A stretch of DNA of 64,000 nucleotides from Microbotryum violaceum (lineage: Eukaryota), in assembly GCA_001244265.2 (NCBI GenBank), contig CDLV01000005.1:744001-808000 (forward strand), written 5' to 3'. A model generated the notes under the pieces. That model ran no database searches. It was not told where the DNA came from and worked only from the letters and a program-made list of their open reading frames with translations. Shown here one piece after another: positions 51,700 through 62,195 of the stretch. The position numbers and the translations under genes are program-made. The stretch's first letter is position 1, and every line of letters starts with the position of its first letter.

Positions 51700-53906
51700 A
51701 AGGCATGTGGAATACATCTCGCTTCCGGGGTCAGCCCCATAAAGAGGGAACTGCTGATGCATATGGGGGAAACACGACTCTTCTGTACGAACTCACCCGA
51801 GTGCACAGTCAGCGTGCACGAGCTGCGTACACGGTTACTTGACCCCCTCGTCATATTTGTGCTGCATAAGTACCATGCCCAGCTTGGCGAGGACGTCAAC
51901 AAGTCGAACGGCGGTCGTTACGTTCTTCAGTCCAGCCCCGAGGACCCTGATCAAACCCATTTTCCTCGCGGGATCACCTTTGCTCTAAGGCACACCCATA
52001 CGAGGGTGGCGTCCAACATGTTCATTTCGTTCGAGGAGGACACTAGCCTCTTGACTTTCGGACCTCAGCCGGACCTGTTTGCGCGCGAGGACGAGTGCAA
52101 GTTCTTCCTCCACCAGCGTGGGCCGATCCCGCTCGATCCAAGCGGCAGGAGCCACGGCGCGCAGGCGATGCTGAACAAGGTGAGCATCTTGCATTTACTC
52201 GTGCTTCGCTCAATGGTCGCTAGATTGCTAACTGTATCTTTCTTTGGGCCTCCAGCTTGCCTGGAGGATGCAGTCTGCAATTCAACGTAACCCAAAGACG
52301 GGTAAAGTCGAGGTACCGGTGCGCCTCGGCATCATCATGAGCACTCGTTTTGCCATTCAGGCCGAGTCGAGTATGTTGGACTGGTCATAACGAGTTGATT
52401 TTGCTCATCCCTAAGTCACCTTCTGATACCCTGACAGTCGTTAACCCGAGCAAAGATCAAGAAGCTGGGCTCGTCTACACCCCCATCTTCAAAACCGGCA
52501 ATGACTTCGAGGATCGGGATCGATGTGCATTCGATTTCCGGCCAAAATCCATTCCGCTTTTGTTCCTCGCGATTATACTAGACTATCTCGTCAAGGTCCC
52601 ACCTCCGCCCGACGAGGTTCTCACTTTCCTTTTTGGTACGAGGAAGCATACGGACGATTCTAGTGGAGACTTGGGTGTCGAGGGCCAAACCAAACTTGAA
52701 CGCTCAGAGGACGTCAAACAGCCAACTGGACTAGAGAACAAGGGACAGAGAACAAGTGAGCCAAGTGAGCCGCAAAATAAGGAACCTCCGGAACCATCCG
52801 CCCATGACGTATGGACCACTAAGCAACTCGCTGTCTAAGCGAGCTGAACAGTGGCCGGTAAGTCATCTCGATCACCATCGGATGAGGATGGAAGTCGTTC
52901 GGCGTCTTCCCCGACATTCACTGCGGGTGACTGACAAGGATTTCTTGCTGACGTTTATCCACGAATAACTCTCTACAAATTTGATCGAGGGAATTGGGTC
53001 AAACGGGGCACACGTATCGAAGCCGTCATCTTCGAGGTCGTCAACAAGCCGGGCCAACCGTTGAAGACTCCTCGACACAACCCCAGTCATGACCTTGTCC
53101 ACCTTCCCCCCGCGTTAGTGTATTACCTTTCACGCCCCCTGAGCGAGCTTTATGGGCGAAGAAAGAGCTCTGTCGTCTTGTCCGATTTGAACGAGGTCGA
53201 ACTCAACACTCTACCGGTGCTCGCTGCGGCGCAACTCCTGGGGAAAGGCAGGTTCGGCTCCGTGACCGCTGGCAAATTAGTGGCCAACACTGCCGTTATG
53301 TAGACGTGGATCCAAGGATGGCAGCTCGAAGGCTCCTGAAGTGGGAAGTTCACCTGCAGGAGCTCGCAATGAGGACTCGACCGACTCAAGATCGAGCTCA
53401 ATCCCGACCAACCGACCCGTGGTGATCAAGCTGTTCGGAGCCGACCAGCTGGAGGCTGGCATTCGCGAATCGCTCTTCTACGACCACGTCTCCCCCCTCC
53501 TTCCGGAGAAGGCTCGTGCGTTCCTACCCTCCTACTACGGGACCTTCCGATCGGCTCGTGGGCATACAATCGCGTTGATTATGGACTACGGAGGCCGGCC
53601 GATCCCGCGGTCCGAGAGATCGAACGAGGAACTCCGACAGAGGGTCGCGTGAGTTACACGATTCTGGAAGCGCATTCTCGACCTAACTCTGCTATAGGCC
53701 GCTGATTAATGGGACATCCGGCTCTTCACAGCGACGTTTACCGTCCTTTCGACGAGTACGGGATCGACCACTCGGATTGGGAGTTTCGTAACGTGTTGCT
53801 GCGCGATGACGGCTCGCTGTGCGTGATCGACTGGAACCTCGCCACTCTCAAATTCACCTCGCACTCCCGGGAAGTGAAAAGGTCCAAGGTGGTCCCAACA
53901 GGATAG
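51700..53906 (+). pseudogene. Atypical protein-kinase-like gene, copy 1, disrupted
   Basis: LLGKGRFGSV, VVIKLF, ESLFY, PSYYGTF, IDHSDWEFRNVL, LCVIDWNLA; in-exon stops at 52836-52838 and 53301-53303 with frame changes relative to the paralog. 5' end uncertain. Confidence 0.7.
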
Positions 53907-54239
53907 ACATGATGTCATCACCGGCATCCTCTCATCCAAGAGCTAGCTCACATCGACCATACCTTACTACTACTTGTCCTCCGCAAGAGACTTTCAACAC
54001 TATCCGCTCGAAAAACGGACTCGACAGCGTGCAAGCAAAGCTCGGCAGGGATTACAGATTGCGTGTCATGTCTGGTTGCCTTGACTTTTACCACCCTTTC
54101 CTCCTATCGAGCCATGCTCGGCTCCTGCCGACGGTCTAGCTGATACGCCATCGTATCTACCACTCCGATCGTGCATTTCATTCTCTCACTACTCTCCTCG
54201 AAGCGTCGTCGCCGACTTGAAAAAGGAAACTCCTATTGG

Positions 54240-55669
54240 ATGGACAACAACAACAACACCAACAACGCCAGCCATGCTGCTATACCACCTCTTCGCCCTA
54301 ACCCTCCCGATCCTCCCGGCCAAGCCCCCGCCACCACCACCAAATCATACTCCGCCGCGGTCGGCGCCCGCTCCGCTACGAGCACGGAAACGCCACCGCC
54401 AACGCCTCGACTGCCGTCGCCGCCCATCCACTGATGCACAACATCGAGAATTGCGTCATCATCAACACCCCACTCTCAACCTCGGTCGAGCAAGTCCTCC
54501 TCGCGCTTGACAAATACTACCCTGGCCTTACCGGCGCAATGCCATGCGTCATCAAGGGTCAGCGCGGCCTCCGCTTTCCCAAGGCCGCCGATCTCGACAC
54601 CCTGGTGGCCAACGGCCTCACTGTTGGCAAGACTCTGTGCAAAGTCGAGAAGCTGTACAGATCTACTAGAGGAGGTGTTGTACAATGCACCCTTACGGGC
54701 TTTTTCTCCGACCCCGAGGGCCTCTGCCTATTCGATGAGCAGATCGCTGCCTATGGCACGGTCCTCCGTCGTCGCATCCAATACATTGGAAAGACGAAAC
54801 ACATCTCTGGGGTGTACGACTTTATCCTTGCCCTTAAGGATGTAGATGTTTTGCCCCCTGCCTCACTTTCTATTGCTCGTGACGGTGTCACTGAGCGAAT
54901 CCCACTGAGGATCACCGGTGGCATGCGCCACTGCGTCTTCTGCCGTTCCGCGGCTCACGTCCGTAAGGATTGCCCCGTCGCCCCGGCGTGCAAGTCCTGC
55001 GCGAGCACCTCGCACGCCACCCAGCACTGCCCGGCCCGTTATGCGTCGAGCCCCCAGGGACCCCCCACGTCACGTGCCCCGCAAGCCTCCACCGCTACCA
55101 CCGCCGCCCCCGCCGTGTCCAAGTCGATCTCCCCGGCCTCCGCCCACGACCGCATGACCAAAAAACGTCGAGTGGAACAGGATCTGGCAGCCCAGACTGA
55201 AGATCTGCCCAACAGAGCTCAGCCCGATTCTCTGTCGAAGAATGCCCGCCCCGAGTTCTCCTTCAATTTCCCTTGCAAAACTGCCACTCCTCCTGCCCCC
55301 CAGCCTGCCTCCAATCAGGGAATTGCCTACTCCCTCGTTGAAAAATCCTCCGAGTCCCCCAGCTCAGAGACCATCTCTCCATCCCCAAGCCCTCCTCCGG
55401 CCACGCCAAAGTCGATCATAACTCGATCCAAGTCGATTGCCGCCCTCTCCAAGCCAGCCACTCGTGAAGCCCCTCCCACTGCGCCTGCCCTCGAAGCCTC
55501 CGAGCCGAGCCCCGAGCCGTCTTCGCCCACGCCGTTGCCCTCAGCCGCGCCCAAAGCCCGACCCGATGACGCCGACACCGACGACGAGGCCGACGAAGAA
55601 GCCGAAGACCAAGAAGCACCTCCTAAGGACGTGGAAGACGCTATGGACCAAGATGATGAGCACAACTAA
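54240..55669 (+). CDS. Retrotransposon ORF1 (gag-like), split at TGATG 54432-54436
   Basis: KSYSAAV motif in the first part; CVFCRSAAHVRKDC and CKSCASTSHATQHC zinc knuckles in the second part. Confidence 0.85.
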
Positions 55670-58600
55670 AATCCCAAACGTGTCTTTTGTTGCTGCCAAC
55701 GTGCAGTCAATCAATGAAGACCGTAAGCGTGCCTCTCTTTTCTCCAATCTCCGCTCCCATAACGCCGACGTCTTTCTCCTGAGCGAAACTGGCCGACCTT
55801 CCCCCGAAAGGGTGGCCCAGTGGACTCAGGAGTGCCAAGACTTAAAGCTCTCCGCTCTTTTCACTCCTTTCAACAACAGTGCCATACTTTGGAAGAGCGA
55901 CTCCGTGGTCATTGCTTTTGATCCCGAGTCGCCTCCAAACACTCTTCGTGCCTCTTTCTCTTTCCCGGACCGAGTCACCGACGCCACCTTTTGTGTGGGT
56001 GATTCAAAAGTCCGGGTTGTATCAATATACGCGCCTTCCTCCGACAAGCCAGACAAAAAACGCTTCCTCTCACACCTCAGCACCGCCCTCCGACAAGTTG
56101 TACGTGACGAACCCTCGCCGCCTGCGCTCCTAGTCGGGGGGGACTGGAATTGTGTTGAGTCCCAGCCCCTCGATTCGGAGAACCAAAACGGAACGAATTA
56201 TGGGGGTCAGGAGATGCGCGACCTTGCCACGGCCAACAATCTTTTCGACGCCTATCGGCTCCATCATCCCAAAGGACGAGCCACGACGAATCGCTCAGCG
56301 CCCGGCACGTGCCGTCGCCTTGACCGCATCTATGTCTCGCCTGATTGGGTCGACCTCTTCCATGATCATAAAATTTGGGCTCCTGTCCTCAAATCGACGC
56401 ACTCAATGGTTGTGGCACGGTTCCAAGTGCCGGGCGCAATCGACATCGGTCCGGGCAAATTCAAGCTGGGTTTGCACGTGATCGAGGGCGACGCGACCTG
56501 CGAGTACCTCACCTCCATTGTCCGCACCCTTTACAACAAAGCCCTCCTCCAGACGCCCAACGAACCACCAGCAGCTTGGACGTCCACCAAACACCGCCTG
56601 CTGCCCGAGCTGCAGGCTCTGGCCCGGACTTTCGCTCGGTTCCGTCGTGGCGGGTCGGAGCAAGAGAGGGCTGACCACTCGCGCTACGGCGCGGCCCTGC
56701 GGTCCCGCCTCGACCCATCTCTGGCGGGTCCCTCTTCCATCTTCATCCGCCTGCGCAAAGTGCGAGCATCCGACCTGATCCCTTCGCTCACGGTCAACGA
56801 TGTTGTTCATTCCGGCCCTGATTCGATGCTTGGAGCGGCCAGCGACTACTTCGAGCGGGTCTATGAGGACCGCCCCATCGATGACGCGGCCCTGAAGGCG
56901 ATCATCGACGGCCTCGCTTCAACTCGCCTCTCCCCCGCGGACTCACTCAAGCTCGAGGAAGCGTACCCGTTGGAGGAGATGACAAAGGCTCAAGCGGCGT
57001 GTAAGTCGAACTCTTCGCCAGGGCCTGACGGCCTCCCGGTTGAGTTTTATCGCGCTACGTGGCCGGCCACTGGCCCGATTCTTCGAGACGTCATCAACTC
57101 GATCCCCACCGAGGCCCGTCGGCCTGGACCTCTTCCCCGCAACACCGCCCACATCCATCTCATCCACAAACGCGGCGAGAGGGATCAGCTTTCGAACAAA
57201 CGCCCCATATCGCTCATCAATGCGGACGAGCGCATCATCTCGCAAGCCCACAACCAGCGCCTCGCTCCCTTATTCGAGTCCCTGATCGGCCCAACCCAGC
57301 GTGGCTTTGTTCCGAACCGTTGGATCGGCACGAACATCGCTGAGGTCCAATGTCTCATGGACCCTGGACTTCCGGGCTCAACACCCGTGTCTGGCATGCT
57401 AGCAGTGATGGACTTTGAAAAGGCTTACGATCGTCTTTCCCACCCGTACCTTGATGCAGTCCTCTGCGCCGTTGGCCTCGGCCCCAAAGCCCGCCAATGG
57501 TACCGAGCGACCTACACCAACCAATCTGCCTCGATCTTCCTCAACGGTTGGCTCTCTGCCACTTTTGACATCCTGTCGGGCGTTCGGCAAGGTGATCCTT
57601 TGGCTCCGTCTCTCTTCGTCCTGGCGATCGAAGGTTTTGCCTGTCAGATTCGATTGAGAGTCAAGGGCATCGATATTGCGGGCCTCCAAAACGTTCGCGA
57701 ACTCCTTTTTGCCGACGACGCTTGCTGCGCACTCCACAACCTCTCGGACCTCGACCACCTCAATCGGGCGATCGAGCTTTACGAACGGAACGGGCAAGTG
57801 CCAGCAAGCTCAGCAACGTCAAATCTTTCCTCTACCCCCTTGGAGCTTTTCGGGATTGGTCGATCGCCCCAGATCTCGGGACCTGGCGTCTCAGCGATTC
57901 GCAGTTTCGCTACCTTGGTATTCAGGTCGGGGCGGAGATCGCCGAGGATGCGAACTGGGAAGATGTCAAGGCCTCGACCATCGCTCGGATACGCTCGATT
58001 CCGATGTACGATCTCCCATATGCAGCCAAGTGTTCGATCATCAACATCTACTGCTACACAAAGATCTTGTACTACAGCCGATTCCTTCCCGCCCCCAAGA
58101 GCGTTGTCAAGGAGATCGAGGAGGCCGCCATGCTCGCCATTCACGGTCGAGCTTCGGATGGTACTCAGCGACGTCCGAAGGTTTCCCGGTCGCGCCTCTG
58201 CACCCCTCTGGATCACGGCGGCTTCGGTTTGATTGATCTGCCTCGGCGTCTAGCAATCGATCGCGCGAAGTGGGTCTTCCAGCTCCGGGCCCCGGACGGC
58301 TGCTTCACACGCCACCTCTTCGAAATCCGCATCCGCCTCCAGGCACCAAACGAACCAACCCCTTTCACCTTGTCCAGACCGGCCCCCAACCAGCATCGTT
58401 GCCCTTGGATTTGGATCTGGTGGGTTTACTTTTGCCATCCTCCCCCAAAGTGGGACCATGCGGTGAGAAAAACGACAAAACTTCTTCCTGCTCGTTGGGT
58501 CCGATACTTCGAAGCCTGGGCGTTGGTGACCATGCTCAATCCCCCGGAACTCTCCAAGAGCCAGAACCTCGAGCAATGGGCGACGCACGTACTCTATTTC

Positions 58601-59434
58601 CCAGCGGGCCACGGAATACAACTCTCGGTAAACCCGAGGCTTTTTCGAGGGCCCGATGGCGAAGTGATGACCCCGTCTTCGTTTCTGAACGCGTCCAAAC
58701 GCCACCAAGTCTTCATCTTCCCCCCTATCTTCCCCAAGGGACACCAGAAGGTATTCGATCTGCCTGAGCAACGCTGGAACGCTTGGTGGAAGGCTTTGCG
58801 CAAGGTTCGCCGGGTTCACTCGGACGCCGAGGATACCGGCCACCTTCTCTCCCTGGGGTCCCTCCATCCGGGAAGCCAAGTCGCCTCCCTAACCAGCCCA
58901 CATCGCAACAATCGATCTACCTCCTGTGTGATGTGCCTCTCGGAAGCACCCGAGTGCCTGGTTCACCTCGCGGTCGGCTGCCCATTTGCCCGGCGCCTCT
59001 GGTTGAAAGGCACGAGATTGCTCTCGAGCCTCACTGGTTCCGAGTCCAAACTGAAAGGATCAAACGGTGTAATTCGCAGGCGAAGAAAGACTACTAAAAG
59101 GACTAAGGTCAAGAGACGCGGCGGCGCCGCGCGCGAGGGCAAGCGTGAGGCCGCAGAGGTCGGCTCGAGGTCGTCGTGAGGCGTAAGCGGAGCGGCGCCT
59201 TACACTGCTCTGTCCCCGACCCCCCACCCAGTCTTTGTGGACTTTGTATGCCCGGTCGTGTCTCGCTCGGAACGTCGACTTGTCGAACTACGAGTCCTCT
59301 TCTTTCACTCGATCTGGAAGCTCTGTCGCCGTCGTCGATTCTCGTCGGATCTTTTGGAACCGATCACCGAAACGGAGTTCGAGGGGCTTCGAGCCTCTAT
59401 CCAGGAGTCCAAGGGTCGCCTAGTGTCTCTGTAA
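55653..59434 (+). pseudogene. Retrotransposon ORF2 (APE-RT-ZnF), with a frameshift near 57788 and an insertion at 59004-59204
   Basis: APE: LLSET, SIYAP, GDWN, RLDRIYVS. RT: SPGPDGLPVEFY, RPISLINAD, DFEKAYD, GVRQGDPLAPSLF, FADD, FRYLGI. ZnF: CVMC...HLAVGC. Terminal HSIWKLCRRRRF. Confidence 0.9.
59004..59204. mobile_element. 201-bp solo-LTR-like insertion nested in ORF2
   Basis: Starts TGAAAGGC and ends GCCTTACA (TG...CA, 7/8 inverted termini); removing it rejoins ...RRLW-SALSPTPHPVFVDF in frame. Confidence 0.7.
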
Positions 59435-61731
59435 GACACCAAAGGGGGTTTTAGTGGGTATGGTTGATCCTGGTTCAGGGTCAATGAGTCCTACACTACT
59501 GGCTTCTGCCAGTGTGCGTAATAGCATTCCCTCCGACTTTTCCGAAGATTTCTAGGTATTAATATAATTATGCTGTTAATGAAGTCTATCAAATAAAATA
59601 AAAAAAAGACGGAAGTGGCTTGCTTAGTTTCTGCACCCACATGGTAATTTACTAACTTTCACTAATAGTACCTAATCTATACTATCACCAAACAAAACAA
59701 AGGGACGAATCAGGTGGCATGACGTCACTGCTCGTGGAGAGACGGCTCAAAAACTCGGAAGGAGACGTTTCAGAATTAGTCAGCGAGCCAACTTTAGTAG
59801 CGGGTGTCGCCCACTTCCTCAGCGCATTCGTCGGCGGCTAGGAGCCGACGTTCGACGGCGTTCAATCGACGATCCGGGGAGTCCGGAGACGGTCCCAGCA
59901 GGTTACGCGATCACGATGCGGCCACGCCGGCACGTTTGCTTGGGCTGCTTCGACTCCGCTCACGATCCGAGGAGTTGTCAGAGACCGACCTCGGCGAGCG
60001 TCAGGTTCGATTGACGATCTTGAGTTGCGCTGCGAGTTCCTCATGGGTCGCCAATTGCCGACTCTGTGTCGGGGTGTCAAAGTGAGGAACGACATCATGT
60101 TTTCAGCTGGCATTAGACCGCGGTCCGGGACATTGTGGTGTTCGGGCCTTTTTCGCCTCCAAATGATTCATGATACATGCCTATGACTGATTTCGGATTG
60201 GGGTGACGGTCTCAATGATGCTGATCTGATTCTTTTTGAATCAGATGCAGTCCGACACTTGGCATGAGTGAGGAGGGCAATGTCCGATTGCTGCTCAGCA
60301 CGTGAGTTTGATTCATACTTTGCTCTGCGCTGACGTTCGAGTGATTAGAGGAGCCGTCACCGGTGCATGCGACGGCTTTTGCCACCGGCCTTCCGGATTT
60401 TTGTCGAGGTCATGTCGGCTACCTCAAGCGCCACCCGGTCCGCTTCTCGCTTTGAAGTCTCATTGCGACGTCCAAAACTTGAGTCGGAAGTGCTGCATTT
60501 CTCGGTCTTCCAGATTCCATATCAGGTGGACAACAAGACACTTATCTTCGAGTTGAAGCCTGCCGAGCCAGTTGTCATTGAGTAGGTAAGCATCCATTTC
60601 GACTGGGTCACAGACGATGGGCTGCGGTCACATCGAGGGTTTGAGGGAGCGGTTCAAGATTTCGGCGTCAAGTGTTGAACGGTCACAGAATAGCGGTTCA
60701 AGACAGTCGAGATGAGCAGCCTTTCTCCGATCCGGCCGGCGGTAGGGCGTCGCTGACTGTCCTCTCTTCCTGGGCACGAGCTCGCAGCCGAGGTTCAGGC
60801 ACATGTGAGGCAGTCGGTGAAGGCGGTGAGTCCAATCGTCTAAGCATATTTACCCGAGTTGCTAATAGGAACATCTGGATCGTCAGTCTCAACAGAACAC
60901 TGGCCCAGCTTTCCGCCTCAACCCGAAAATTCTTCTCGGCAACTCTACTGTTGTCGACAAATTCACATGCAATTCGTGCGTCGAACGGGCCGTGCGGCAT
61001 GCACTTCTAAAATCCTGAGATATTGAGACTTGATTGTAAGATTGCAACATATTTCCTTGAATTTGGTCGACTCTCCTGACCACTCGCGCGAGTTGTAGCG
61101 GAATAGTGGTTCGAGTTGCAGCAAGACGAAGGACAACATTGGTGTAGGAGTTGTTAAACAAACACCTCAAGCGGTGAAAACCCAGCCTTCTGGGGAAACC
61201 CGCAAAAAATTGATCTACACGGAGGAGAGTCCGAACTTCTTGGTGATACACAGGGATGGTGGGCGGGATGACAGATGGGAGCTTTGCGACCCAAGCTTCT
61301 GGATGTCAGTCGGCTGCAACTGATGATGGAACAAGTCCACTGATCGTCTCAGCATACCTTTGCGACAAAGGCAAGACACTGTATAAAGACAGTTGTGGCG
61401 CGGTTGGTGCAAAGGACGGCAAAGGGTCTGCTGAGAGATATGCGATTTAGCTCGTTGCCCAACAAGGACTCGGAGCAAAATGCCCCCACAAAGAATTTGC
61501 AGGGATCCAAGTGCAAAGTACACCGTGCAACAAGCTTGGGTGTATCGAAGCACTGACCCCGAGCTACTCTAAGCGAGCCAAGTCGAGGGTTTCATACCGA
61601 GCTGCTAGCAGCTGTGAACGTCCGGCAAGATGGAACTCTCGATCAGCGACCTCGTCAGCTGGGAGGTAGTCTTGGGAGTGAGGAACGCACCTGCCCCTAC
61701 AGGTGGTGAACGCAGCCATAGAAGCTGGTAA

Positions 61732-61934
61732 GGAAATGTCGACAACGCAGTGAAGGCCCGAGAGGGAACGTGCGTTGCCAGTACCGCCCGTGAGCTCGCG
61801 TGTGGGAAGCACAGCTATAGCATCCACTGGGGGAAACGTCGACAACGCAGTGAAAGGGCCCAAAAGGGAACGTGCGTTGCGAGTACCGCCCGCGAGCCCG
61901 CGTGTGTGGGAAGCACAGCTATAGCATCCACGGG
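61732..61934. repeat. Tandem duplication, 2 x about 100 bp
   Basis: GGAAAYGTCGACAACGCAGTGAA...GGGAACGTGCGTTGC..GTACCGCCCG..GAGC..GTGTGGGAAGCACAGCTATAGCATCCAC occurs at 61732 and 61832. Confidence 0.93.
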
Positions 61935-62195
61935 AGAGAGAGAGGTCCGTGCGCGCGAGCCTGAATCGGCGCGTCAAATCCTTGCAGCAAAAGCCGAAAA
62001 GACCATTGTCACCACGTTGGTGCTGAAAACGAGGGAAGCAGCTTTGCCAAAGTGACCTGCATGCTGTTGGGCCTGCCGAATTTTGCTTCCCTCTCTGTCG
62101 AGTCTAACCTCTGACGCCTGACTTATCGAGTAGACAGTGTGGTGAGCTCCTCGCAGACTGAAGGTGAGCCGAGGTCGATGTAAGCTGGCGCCTGG

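Larger units (their letters stand above)
54100..59607 (+). mobile_element. L1/Tx1-like non-LTR retrotransposon, near full length, inactivated
   Basis: ORF1 with two CCHC knuckles, overlapping ORF2 (APE endonuclease + RT + C-terminal Zn finger), 3' A-rich tail at 59591-59607. The 5' end lies somewhere between about 53930 and 54240; no TSD seen. Confidence 0.92.

Noticed and set aside
54295-54305. Telomere-like CCCTAACCCT
   Set aside because: A single short match encoding Pro-Asn-Pro inside retrotransposon ORF1.
58999-59203. Reading the 201-bp insertion as an antisense intron (GTAAGG...CCAG on the minus strand)
   Set aside because: No antisense gene is evident, the boundaries do not match the insertion exactly, and the inverted TG...CA termini explain the motif better.
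59800-61560. Possible small spliced genes between the LINE and kinase-like copy 2
   Set aside because: Some splice-like signals are present, but I could not build a convincing gene model or find a known motif.
19899-61934. CRISPR-like array, or a shared element between the two tandem repeats (both contain GTACCGCCCG)
   Set aside because: Each has only two contiguous units with no spacers or cas genes. The 10-nt match has no flanking similarity and is plausible by chance in GC-rich DNA.
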